From assembly GCA_964187785.1 (NCBI GenBank), contig OZ076409.1:38628001-38692000 (forward strand): a DNA stretch of 64,000 nt, read 5' to 3'. How positions within the stretch are numbered: position 1 is the first letter of the stretch; each line of letters begins with the position of its first letter. The position numbers and the translations under genes were made by a program. Below, piece after piece: positions 24,806 to 36,823 of this stretch. Source of the stretch: Amphiscolops sp. MND2022. Its lineage: Eukaryota. The notes under the pieces were generated by a model that did not search any database, was not told the DNA's origin, and was given only the letters and a program-made list of their open reading frames with translations.

Positions 24806-26933
24806 ACAGCTTCAAGCCGACCATTGCTCGACCATTCGTTTGATATGTTACCATAGCTCACTATGATGAGATAAAATCCGAGAAAGGCGCTGACTTAGCA
24901 AAGCAGAACCGGTTATTCGGCGTCCACCCTCGCGGTAATGTGTAAATTATATTTCAAGTTTTTTGAAGTTCTTTTTTCTGGGAATTTGAATGATTTAAAG
25001 CTTTTGTTTCAAAATTACATTGTGTCACTCTACTGGCAAACAAAGCTCAAGCTAATGCTGAGCGCAATTCGGATAATGCTTGCGTCTTCTCGAATTCCTC
25101 TGAGTGCAATTAGGGAACGTCAAGTTTAGCTTCGATCTACGTACAATGACCTCAAAAGGTATTAGAAAGCAGTTATGTTAGAAATTCATTCATAAATTCA
25201 AAATCATATCCCCATTAGCTAATTAGCAATTGAGATGCAATAGTCGTTGTATACTCAAACGTTTATCTGAGAACTGATTTTTTCGTCAGGGCGTTTCATT
25301 TTCAAGAAATAATTCTTGCACTTATTAAGTCATTGCCGACAATTCAGATCAATTTTTGGTGCTTCTTTCGAGGCATGGAAGCTCGAGCTATAAAATAGGA
25401 TCAATGGGAGCTACAGGGCCAGTAAAGTCGGGCATCAGGTGTGCGTAAACGGCGAGGAAAAATTGTATTTTCGGATGCTACTATTCCTCCATTTTTAAAA
25501 ATGAAATTTCAACTCGTTTTGAACGCGTTTTTTTTAGGTTTTTCTCCATCGAAACTTTGAGCTGTTCAAAACTTATGTCATGTTCACTCAAACTTGTATG
25601 AATTTTGCAATGACACACCGTGGAAAAACAATGACTAGGACCCAATAGCTACAATAAGGTATTGTGGGCCTTTAACTCAATTTATCTTGCTCCGCGGACA
25701 TGCCGTGTCTTTGTTCCATTCTGGGCGTACAGCTTGTCCATTTTTAGTTCATAAAACATTTTGTCTCACTGCAAAAAAATAATTAAGGAAACTTCATCAG
25801 TTTCTCCAATTTGAGGCTTCCATTCAAGCTGGCATTAGCCTTTGGGAGTCTCTTCTGCTGATGCTTTATTTGTAAGTTTCTATGACCATGTTTAATTGTT
25901 GTCATTTCTCATTCCAAGTTTTTGAGCGGATTCTGAGAATAAATGTGTTGAAATAAAATCCACCGTTTCAGTAAGAGTCCATTGTGTGAACTGGAAATTC
26001 AAACAGCCATTTTTAGGAGTCGCATTTTGTCTTTGGTGTTTCTTCAACGTTTACATTTGGCGCAAATTTCTCCAATGTTTGTCCTCAAAGAGTATGTCAA
26101 ATGATATTGTTGAAGTTCGATAAAATTCAGTCTTTTGACCGGTTTCTCGACAATCATTCTTGTTGATGTGCATCGTGTGTATTTATAGATACAATTACGA
26201 AGTTTATTTTAGCTAGCGAAGTTTATGTGAACTATTCATGAGCTTTGTTGAAGATTTAACTGCGCATTGTTGTATATTGTTGTAGGGCATAGGATGTAGC
26301 TGACTTGATTGTATTTTTGACGAAGGATGTTGAAATCGTGATCGTGTCCTGGAATGAATGTTTCATCAATTAATTGGTGTTAACTAGTTTTGTTTAAAAA
26401 AAGTGTTAGAATTTAGAAACTGTTTTGAGAATTCTAAAGGGTATTCGTTTCAGAATTCATTCCAAGTTTCGGTGAAACTTCGATTGATTTTATTCGTTAA
26501 GTAGACAACGAAATGTGAGTTCTTTTCCTTTGAAGGAAAAATGTCCGACATTTTGGTCCTTTTGAACTGAAACATCTGCTCCGCTGAGCTTTTCTAATGA
26601 ATGTTTGTTCTAAATATCGAATGCCTGGTTGCTTACATATACGACTTGGTATCGCTGAGTTCATTCATTGACATACGACGTAATTTGATGCGGAAATGAA
26701 GTATTTGATACGGAAATAAAGTATATTTTTCTGCTAGTGAGAGATATGAAACGCACTCCGCAAAAAATCGGTTGGGTCGGGATGTTTTTTCTTCAATTTA
26801 TTCAAATGTATCCTCATTCGAAACTGTTTTTCTCTGAGAACACTAATATTTGCTGTTACAAATCATAATGAAATGTTCTTTTCAAGTCTCGTCTAATTTG
26901 AGTACATCTTTGTTAGCAGCTGTTTATTTTTAG

Positions 26934-27720
26934 ATTTATTCTGTGCTACAGAACGCAGCAATAATATAGCGGAATCGAAATTTGGTGTCTTATCGTCTGC
27001 TTTTTCTGTTGTCTCATCCAAGTCTTCTTCCTGCATTTCGGCGGTGGTCGATTCGCCCTCTTTTGCATCTCCAGCTGGCTGTGTGAGATCATCGCAGCCG
27101 GATCCTCGTTTGAACTTAGACTTCACCTCGGTTGCATCTTCTTCTGCTGCAGTCGCAGCGGCAGCAGTTTTATCTTCTCAACATCACTCCTTGTCTTCGT
27201 CTCATTGTGGGGGTCCTGTTGCCGCCGGGCGGTTATCAGTGAACGGATTGCTTTCTCAGCACACAAACACAAGCAACCACTCAAGTTTACTACCGCCTCT
27301 TATAAATATTTTTACACCTATTACGTCATTTCCTTTTAGCCAGTTGCTATCAGCAGCTCCAGTTACTGGGAATTTTAATTGTGTCTCCTCCTCCACTGAT
27401 GAAACAAGGAGAATCAATTTTTCCTCCAGTTCTTTAAATCATCCACGGCCTCCGCCTCTCTCTCGCAACAGCTTGTACTCTTGTGCTAATGAGAACGTGC
27501 TATGCCAGTACAAAAATAATAACGAGGCCTTTGAATGTAGAGAAAACAGTAGCTGCAACAACAGCAAGTCGTCAACGTCGTCTCAACAAACCAATAATCC
27601 ATCTTCATTTTTCTTCCACCAGCAAGTTTCGTCTCATCCGGGCTCCAACGCACACCAACAATTTTTCATGTCCAGCAGGGGCCGACGTCCAGCTAATACG
27701 CAAACGAGCTCAAATCAAAG
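26934..27720 (+). CDS. Host gene exon 2, Ser/Asn/Gln/His-rich low-complexity region
   Basis: Acceptor tgtttatttttag|AT. The exon is open for 787 nt in the frame of ORF 27044-27874. Donor CAAAG|gtcagt (phase 2). Confidence 0.8.
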
Positions 27721-28162
27721 GTCAGTGGTGAACACATTTGCTTTTTCAAAGCTAACTTGTAACTTTCTTGATTATATAGGTCTAGCAAGTGCGACAAACT
27801 TTCAGACTACGCTAATTCGTGGCATTTTAGCATCGAAAACTTCTAATTGTGATTATTTTTCGCGCTATGATTAAAAGCGGTTCTTGATCATTTCGTGGTT
27901 TTTTTTACTGGCGGCAACTTCTGAACTTGGAAATGTGTTCAATATTTGGCGTTGGAAACATCAGTAATTGGCGGAAACCTCAATTAAGTGAGAGTTTTTG
28001 TGTTTTAAAGTTCGCATCTCAAAAATATCTATAGTGAATGCAATCAGAATCTTTCAATTTTGAAAGTCATGGAGTAACTTTCTCCAGAAAAGCTCAAAAA
28101 ATGGTCGACTATTACTGTGAACTTTGAGAGAATAAATAGTAACAATTGTTACTATTTGTTCT

Positions 28163-28493
28163 CAAGACGGGAACGTCTAAAGTCGGCGCTATATCTAAGG
28201 CTCATAAAATCGAAGGGGGGACCCTTTGGAGACCAAAAATTTTCGAAAAGTCGCACAATGCCGAAAAAAATTGAAAGGGGGACCCTTCAATCTCGTCCGT
28301 TTTTGTATGTTACGTTTAAAAAGAAAAAAATGAAAGTGGGGATCCTTTGCAATAATTTAGATGAGTTTCCCAGGTATTAGTTTAGTTGAACAAACTGAAT
28401 AAAAATTTCGTCGCATTCGAGACTGTCTTAAAGAAAGAAATGAGCGACTGTAATAGTCGGACTCTTTTATCATATAAAAGCGCCGACTAAAAA
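28163..28493 (-). mobile_element. HINE family 1, short copy
   Basis: caagacgggaacgtctaaagtcggcgctatatc ... agcgccgactaaaaa. Confidence 0.75.
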
Positions 28494-29642
28494 GGGGACA
28501 GAACGGAGACTTTTGACAAAAATGATGTCGGATGAAAATGGTGACAAGAGTTGTATATTCTAATTACTTGTTCCAATTTGTGAAACACAAATAAAGTGGA
28601 GCAGTCGTATGTCTAGGGGCGCGAATAACGTCTAAGGAATAACGTCTAAAAGTGTTTCGGGAATAACGTCAAAAGGAATAATATCCAATATTCAATGTAT
28701 TGAGATTGGAAATGAGCATGACTTGGCATTAGACTTCATTCCTCAGACTTAATATATCGTGAGCTTATTTTACATGTAGATGCAGCTTTCTCGCATCATC
28801 GGAAATCCTTGGCTGCAAGAATAAAATGCTTTGTTTCCTTGTTTCTCAAGCTGCAGCGCGTTCAAGGTTTTTATGATTAAAAACGAATGGGACGTATTTA
28901 GACTGATGCTTCTATGCTATTTTTACTGGAGTTAGTTTTTGACTGGCTTGAAAGCTATTTGCTCTACCAAATCGTTAAGTAGCACTTCGATGATCTATGT
29001 TTAGTAATAATAGAGTTTGGTTGCTGGAGAATTTAATTATTTCTTGAGCGTTGATAATGTCTGTCATATTTGCACGAGACTATTCGAGGTAAAACTGTTT
29101 TCACGTGGCTCTGCCAAGATCAGAGAATCATAGATATTTTGTGACCTCTCGAAGACATCTGTTCAAATGACTGAACAACCATAAAACTTATATTTGTTAG
29201 AAGGGTTCACTTCGCTCATTGACAACATTTAGTTTAATTAAGCAGCAATCCTTCAACAGTAAATTTTTATAATTTTTGAGATACTGAAGATTTGGGAAGT
29301 TATTGCTGATCAACTTTTCACGCCTTAATAGCTTTTTCAACATGGAATCCAGAATTATGGCGACGTTAGTTTTCCTTTATGAGCTATTGTTTCTCCCGGA
29401 TTGTTCTTGGGATCTCCATCTTGAACCCATATGACGTCTAATAATCGACTTTTTCTATACTGTAGGAGGAAGTTGAGACGAATCTATCGGGGTGTATCAT
29501 TCCTCCTACAACGTCATCGAATGTCCAATGGTAGCAATGTAAAATATCTTCTGAAATTTAGTTGTTTGAAGTATTTTTAAAAATTTTTAGTCGGCGCTAT
29601 TCAAAACAAAAACCAAGCATAAACGAGGCGCCAATTTCGACC

Positions 29643-29959
29643 GGTATCAGGTCAAAATCCTAAGCTAAAATCTCCTAAGCTAAAATCTCCTAGACCTGAA
29701 TATCCTAGGTCATAATCTCTTAAATTGAATTTCATAGTGTGAAAGTAACTTTGATTAAGCATTATCAATTTTGTACAATATGTAAAGGTAATTAAAACGA
29801 CCACCACGCCGTTCTCATTTACGCGATTAATGTAACGACGAAAACGTAATTGACAATTAAAGATTAATTGACTGGATTCACTAAAGGTGTGAATATACCG
29901 GAAATTTCTTTTATTCTAATTTTAGGAGATTTTAACCTAGGAGATTTTGACATGTAACC
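29643..29959. mobile_element. Mutator-like MITE with repetitive TIRs
   Basis: ggtatcaggtcaaaatcc ... ggagattttgacatgtaacc. 9-bp TSD atttcgacc / acttcgacc. Confidence 0.7.
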
Positions 29960-30072
29960 ACTTCGACCATTCTCGGCTTTTTGATAACAATAGCCTTGTC
30001 GAAAAATCTGTCAGTGGTTTCGAAAAACGTCAAATAGTCTGCACTTTTTAGAAAGCTTTCAGAAAAAAATAA

Positions 30073-30386
30073 AACAAGCCGGGAACGGCCCAAGTCGGCG
30101 CCATATCTAAGGCTCAAAAAGACTCGAAAACCACTTTTTCTACATTGAGAATTTTTTTTCGAAGTTTCCGGTAAGTCACATAGTGCCGAAAATGTAAAAG
30201 GGGGACGCTTTTTCTCATGTTAGACGCTTTGGATGCGTTGAAAATGAAGTATTAAGTACATATGGTAAAAGTTGGTAAATGTGCATTAATTGGATTAATG
30301 CACAAAAAGTGGACGTTACGCGTTGAACTGACGAAAAAAAACTAGACACTGTAAGAGTCTGGTTTTTCTTCGAAAACGCCGACTAA
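30073..30386 (-). mobile_element. HINE family 1, short copy (subfamily related to the fragment at about 7505-7790)
   Basis: aacaagccgggaacggcccaagtcggcgcc ... aaacgccgactaa. Confidence 0.75.
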
Positions 30387-30534
30387 TAACTCTTTTCAAA
30401 ACTGTCGAAAACGCTTCTGAAATATCGGAGTCGCTTTCCTAACTTGAAAATGGCATTCAATGTTCTTGTAAAATCTTTGATAAAAAACTATATCAGCGTT
30501 TGTGGAAACCGGTTTCTACTGGAACATTTCTGGC

Positions 30535-30976
30535 CAGGCCTGTTCAATAAATAATTATGGGTACGAATAATTATAATAAAATAATTTCTTTTTACACTCA
30601 AATGAATAAAAAATAATTATTTTTGGACCTGTTAAAATGAAAATTATTCCTGAGATAACTAAAATTAAGAGCTTTTAATTCAACGTATCGTCAGCCAATT
30701 ACATTCGGAAGTACAAAAATCTTGAGCTAATTTCCAGAAATACCATTGTCAAATCCAGAAATACCTTGGGCTACTGACTCAAAAGCTCGAAGAGTCCATT
30801 GAAAATGTTTTGGCCTGATTATGCATGGCTAATTTAAGTTTTTGTTGATATCCATTTTTCGCTGAGAATAAAAAATTATTTTAGCAAAAAAATAATGAAA
30901 TTATTCATTTTTTCTACCATGAAAATATAATTTATTTTTAGGTAATAATTTTCGAATAAAATATTGAACTCCCCTG
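30535..30976. mobile_element. hAT-like MITE
   Basis: TIR caggcctgttcaata / tattgaactcccctg. Perfect 8-bp TSD tttctggc. Confidence 0.85.
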
Positions 30977-31043
30977 TTTCTGGCCTTTTATCTTGACAGT
31001 GAACTGATCAGATGGGAAATTGTAACGGTCTATTTGTGTTTAG

Positions 31044-31130
31044 TGACAAAGCAAATGTCTCCTCGAAAGTGAAGGCAGCGTCCACCAGTGCCAGTAAGCG
31101 AACCAAACGAACGGCTTTTTCCAAGCAAAG
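31044..31130 (+). CDS. Host gene exon 3, symmetric phase 2-2, basic (SDKANVSSKVKAASTSASKRTKRTAFSKQR)
   Basis: tatttgtgtttag|T...CAAAG|gttagt. The 87 nt preserve the frame between exons 2 and 4. Confidence 0.65.
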
Positions 31131-32388
31131 GTTAGTTCATTTTCATTTTGAATGGCTCGTTTTCTTCACTTCGTTCAAAATTTGTAACATGTATTTGGTT
31201 CATTTATTCTTAGCATTGAACTACCGTTGGATGAAAATGAGGATATAACAAACATGCCGGGATCGAAATTAATTTGTGCCCCACTTGAGGCTTGAAATAA
31301 TATAAGGGCTCGGATAGCATATTTATAGTAGTGTAGTAATTGAGAAAGTAATTCACATAAGTAATTGAAAAAATCAACGTTAATTAGTTTCGAAGCCTCT
31401 CCTTATCAACCTCGCGCTTTAACCACAACGCAATCCGGTCAAAAAAGCCCGACTGTAACCAGGATCCAAACTAGGACCTTCTACCTGAGACTTGTTCTCT
31501 AATCCCTCGACCAACTGAACTCATTGGACTTTTCAGTGTTTGTTCTGTCAAATTCCTGTCAAATATCCCTGACGAAACACCTAGAGGGAATTTTTGGGCT
31601 CGAAAAGGTTTTTTCCTAACTGAAAAAAAAACGAAGAGGTGACCTTTTCAGTGGAACTAAATTAAAACGTTTTACAGTGCCGGAAAAATCCAATAACAGA
31701 CTCTTTGGTCTTGGTAATCAAATTAAAAATCTTGAAAAAAAATGTAGCCTTTTCGCTCCTTAGATCTTAGGCTAAAAGTATATCTTGTTGATCTTTTTTG
31801 GTCTTTTCGACCGGACTGGAAAAAAAACAAAACAAAAAATCCGCTGAGCTTCGAGATATTTTCGCCCGGAACTGTTTTCGCGACGACATACTCCTTGAGA
31901 ATTGAGAGTAGCCCATTAACTGCGAACTTGCAAAAAAATCGATCTTTGACAATTTTCAAACTCAAATGTTCATTTTTTAAAGAAAAACTATGTTCTTATG
32001 CTGAGTATAGTATGCTAAGTAACTATTTGTTCCGTTGTTGAAAGCATGTTGTACCCATGAAACACTGAAAAAAATTTCAACATGAAACATTGTAAATATC
32101 CACAGTTCCGCGTTGCCGAAGTAAATTTTTGTACGAATATTTTTTGTAAATATTGCTCCGAATCCGATGTTTTGACGTTTTATCAAAACTAAATACAAGT
32201 AAGTTATGTTTTACTTAAGAGGAGGCGGATCGTCGAAATTATTGCGCTATATCCGATTTTCTGACGCTATATCCGAAGTAAATTGCGTTTTTACTAAGCA
32301 GGAGCCGGAGTTTCGAGTCTCATCAGTTCCGATGTTTCGTTTTCTTTCAAAATTGAAAAAAAGCACACTTTATCTGAATTTTTGGACG

Positions 32389-32866
32389 TTTTTAGGAGTC
32401 GGAAAAAAATGTAGACTACTTATGCAATCGTATCGCTTTTCAATAAAAATCGCCCGACCTTTCAATGAAAATATCAAATTTCTCAAAAACTGTTCCTACG
32501 ATTTTCATAAAATTTTGCACAGTCATTCTACACCCAAAGAGGCCCCTACGTGCGGAATGGCATCAAAATCGTATGACTGGGATGTGACAAACATATCCAA
32601 ATTAGCCCAAAAATGGCCAAAAACAGCCATTTTTCGACTTTTTTCGATTTTCTCAAAAACTGTCCATTTGATTGGAACTGAATTTTCTACAGTCGTTCTA
32701 CACTATATTAGGGTCCTATGTGTGCACTAGTGCACACATAGGACCCTAATATAGTGTAGAACGACTGTAGAAAATTCAGTTCCCGCTGGTATCAAAATCG
32801 TATGACTGGTATTCGAGCGAGGAAGAAGACCTGAGCCGACTCCTTTACCGCACATGCGGCTCTGGT
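32389..32866 (+). mobile_element. HINE-like family 3 with two internal units and a 110-bp palindrome
   Basis: tttttaggagtcgg ... ccgactcct, hairpin ccgca-ca-tgcgg, ctctggt. Confidence 0.62.
32674..32783. repeat. Perfect 110-bp palindrome without spacer
   Basis: 55-bp arms centred on gtgcac-ta-gtgcac (32728/32729), checked base by base. Confidence 0.95.
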
Positions 32867-33337
32867 ATCCGAGCTAATTGATGTTTCTGGTGAGAATAGA
32901 AGCAAAAAAGCCTTTAGGTCCCCCTTTGGGTTTTTGGTACTGTGGAATTGGGAATTTTTTCAAAAGTGAATGCTCGACTCGAATGGCTCTTTGCGCCATG
33001 TTGTATTCTAAGGTTTTAATAAAACAAACTACACTAAAATGTTCAATTAACGGAAAGCTGTAAAATCTTTACAATGCAATGTCTATATAACTTTATCCCT
33101 TACCAACCGATAATAGCCAGACGGTAATTAATGCTAATCGGGTTACCAGTCTCAAGGACGGTCGAGTTAAATGTAAATTTTTAAATTTAATGTAATTTTC
33201 CTCTAAGCTGAAAGTGTTTCTAAAATTTTCAAACGTCGCATCATTTTGGTTTCATACGCCCAAAATGAAGTCGTCATAGTATGAAATATATCAGAAATCA
33301 TATTTGGCCTTTTTGATCACATGCACAAGTGACTCAA

Positions 33338-33661
33338 TTTTAGTCGGCACAGTTTAGAAGAAAATGTGCGCGACTATTACAGTTGCTATTTTTTTTCGCC
33401 AGATGACAATCTCACACTGAATGGTCCAGTTTCACAATCTTCGGCCACCGTGTCCCTTCATGCTATGTCCCAATTTTTGATATATTCGAACTATACTGCG
33501 TTTTACAGAGGAGGCCTGTTGTTTTACAAAACAACGCTCCTCCCAGCAATTTCTCCCAGCACGCTATATCCGAAATTTTGACGTTATATCCGAAGTAAAT
33601 TAAAACTTTGTGCTTTTTGAGCCTGAAGCGGGGAGCCGACTTGAGAAGTTCCCGTCTTGTT
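33338..33661 (+). mobile_element. HINE family 1, diverged copy
   Basis: ttttagtcggc ... gccgacttgagaagttcccgtcttgtt. Confidence 0.65.
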
Positions 33662-34227
33662 AAACGTTATTCTCTTGCAGTAGAAATTCAGGTGCAGTAG
33701 TTTTACGCATTGGTAATGGTGATATAAATACTACTTTCAATGATGCACTCATCATCAGCATTCATCTTTATCAAAGTGTTAACAAAATATAGAACGTTCA
33801 AGATTGAGGTGTTGTTTCCGTTCTATCAAGTTCCATTGGTAATAGTCCATGAGATCCGCAATGATACTTGTGAAGTTATGTTTTGTGGTGTTTTGAAAGT
33901 TTTTTGACGTTAAAAATAATTGAAATTCCTGTTTGTCCGAAAATTGTTTTTATGCAATTGAAATTAATCCTTTGCTTTCATGTATCTATTAAGTTAAACT
34001 ATCATACAGTTGAAATTTGCAGTTTTGAGGATGACGAAACGCTACTAACTCCTGGTCAGCATGATCGCATCTCACAAATAATTAGCACATCGTTATTGTT
34101 TCCCTCATCGATGTCTCGAAACTTGAGCGAGTCGCATGATGATACCAAAAATCATTTTTTTTGGTTGGCGACAAGTTCTCAGTCTTATCACTGAAGCAAC
34201 AGTTTGAAAAATCACAGACTACTTGTG

Positions 34228-34817
34228 AACAAGCCGGGACCGGCCCAAATCGGCGCCATATCCAAGGCTCAAAAATAGCAAAAGGACTTCCAAGTGTTAA
34301 TTTACAGTACTCGAAAATCGAAAAAGCAAAAAAAATAGACCGAGTGGCGCGCCGGGGCCCGCTAGCACGAGCTTCTGGCGCGCTAAAAGGGGGACACTTC
34401 CGAAAGTGTCAACATTTTTGTCGCAGTTGAAGGGGGGACCCTTTGAAGAAAAAGATTTTTAAAAAAGTCTCACAATGCCAAAAAAACTGAATGGGGGGAC
34501 CCTTTGGGGTTTTCCAACATCCATTCTGACGCAAAACAGCAAAAAATTGAAGGGGACTCTTTATGGAAGAAATTTTTTTCCGAAAAAAAAGTCTCGCCGA
34601 AAAAATTGAAAGGGGGAACCCTTTGGTCTCGCCCGGAATGGTATGTTACGCGGAAAAACAGGGAAAACCTTTTTGGTTCAGTTCGCTAGGCCAAATGATG
34701 CAATTTGGTGCAATAATATTTTGTAGAACTTTTAAGAACTATTTTGGTCAGTTCGTGTGGATAGAAAAAAAAGTCACTATAATAGTCACTTTCACTTCAT
34801 GAATCGGCGACTAAAAA
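34228..34817 (-). mobile_element. HINE family 1, full-length copy
   Basis: Reverse complement of the family termini and modules. Confidence 0.8.
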
Positions 34818-34913
34818 CAACCTAAAAGCGTCGCATTGCCAAACAATGTCAAGGGTCAAACTCTTTGACGTTGCCGTTGTTATAAATAGGTTTTTAATGG
34901 GCACTATTTGTAA

Positions 34914-35594
34914 AACAAGCCGGGACCGGCCCAAGTCGGCGCCATATCCAAGGCTCAAAAATAGCAAAAAGACTTCCAAGTGTCAAGTATTCGTTTACAG
35001 TAGTCGAAAATCGAAAATTTTTCGAAAATTTTTTTTGAAAAAATTACATACTAAAAAAATGGACCGAGTGGCGCGCCGGGGCCCGCTAGCGCGAACCCCT
35101 GGCGCGCTAAAGTCTCACAATGCCGAAAAACTGAAAGGGGGGACCCTTTGAGGTTTTTCAACATCCATTCTGTCTCAAAACATGAAAAAATTGAAGAAAA
35201 TTTTTTTTTATTTTCGGGATAAACTCTCACAATGCCGAAAAAAACTGAAAGGAGGCACCCTTTGGGATTTTCCAACATCCATTCTGTCGCAAAACATCAA
35301 AAAAATGCAGGGAGACCCTTTGAAAAAAAATTTCGAAAAAAAAATCCGAAAAAAATGTCTCGCAGTGCCGAAAAAAATCTGAAAGGGGGGACTCTTTGGT
35401 CTCGCCCGGTATGATATGTTACGCGGAAAAACAGGTAAAACCATTTTGGTCCAGTTCGCTAGGCCAAATGGTGCTATTTGACACCATAATATTTTGTAGA
35501 ACTTTTAAGAACTATTTTGGTCAGTTCGTGTGGATAGAAAAAAAAAGAGTCACTATAATAGTCGCGTTTCACTTCATGAAGCGCCGACTAAAAA
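34914..35594 (-). mobile_element. HINE family 1, full-length copy
   Basis: aacaagccgggaccggcccaagtcggcgcc ... catgaagcgccgactaaaaa. Confidence 0.82.
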
Positions 35595-35726
35595 TAAGCT
35601 CGAAACAATGTCTCTTGAGTATGTTCAGACTGTTCATAAAAAGTCCATGATTATCTCCGCATTGGAGGTTGGCATGACTGCTCTTTTTGATCCAGAAGTC
35701 GGTTTTTCAATTCATATTTCTTCCGA

Positions 35727-36286
35727 TTTTTAGTCGGCGCTTCATGAAGTGAAACGCGACTCTTATAGTGACTTTTTTTTCAATCCACACGAACTGACCA
35801 AAATAGTTCTTAAAAGTTCTACAAAATATTATTGCACCAAATTGCATCATTTGGCTTAGCGAACTGAACCAAAAAGGTTTTTCCGCGTAACATACCATAC
35901 CGGGCGAGACCAAAGGGTCCCCCTTTCAGTTTTTTTCGGCACTGTGAGATTTTTTTCCCGAAAATAAAAGTTTTTCCCCACTTCAACACTGGGATCTGTT
36001 TAAAAATCCCAAAGGGTCCCCCTTTCAGTTTTTCGGCATTGTGATACTTTTTTCGAAAATTTGTTTTTTCTTCAAAGGGTTGCCCCTTCAACTGCGACAA
36101 AAATGTTGACACTTTCGGAAGTGTCCCCCTTTTAGCGCGCCAGAGGCTCGCGCTAGCGGGCCCCGGCGTGCCACTCGGTCCATTTTTTTGCTTTTTCGAT
36201 TTTCGAGTACTGTAAATTGACACTTGGAAGTCCTTTTGCTATTTTTGCTTGGATATGGTGCCCACTTGGGCCGGTCCCGGCTTGTT
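35727..36286 (+). mobile_element. HINE family 1, full-length copy inserted in a locally duplicated segment
   Basis: Family termini are present, and its flanks are contiguous in the paralogous segment near 38600. Confidence 0.82.
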
Positions 36287-36431
36287 CTATTTATACAAGC
36301 TTCTTGAACATTTGCTCCTGATTTCTTGGAAATTTCATATATCGTCTTTCTTTTAACATACATCTTGACGCTGTACATGGGCTCTGAAGCACAAAATGTG
36401 TAATCAACGAGATTTTCGTATGTATTGGTGA

Positions 36432-36823
36432 ACTGGGGACCCTTTTATGAAAAAAATTGAATAGTCTCATAATGCCGAAAAAAAACTGAAAGGTGGGACC
36501 CTTTGGGATTTCTCAACATCCATTCTGTCGGGAAATATCAAAAAATTGAAGGGTGGACCCTTTGGTGATTTTTTTTTCGAAAAAAAGTCTCACAGAGGCG
36601 AAAATACTCTAAGGGAGTACTCTTTGGCCCCGTTGAGTTTCTTAGATGATGTAAAAATACTTCACAAGCTTTTGAAAAAGTAAAATTTCTTCGCAAGCAT
36701 GAATTCATGACTCATGAAAATTGTAAGAAAAGTGGACCATCAGAGTGAGATTGTAGCCTGAAAAAAACTACCCACTGTAATAATCGGGCTTTTTTCCTTA
36801 AGAGAAAAGGCACCGACTAAAAA
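36432..36823 (-). mobile_element. HINE family 1, 3'-truncated copy
   Basis: Modules plus the head caccgactaaaaa; absent from the paralogous segment near 38790. Confidence 0.7.
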
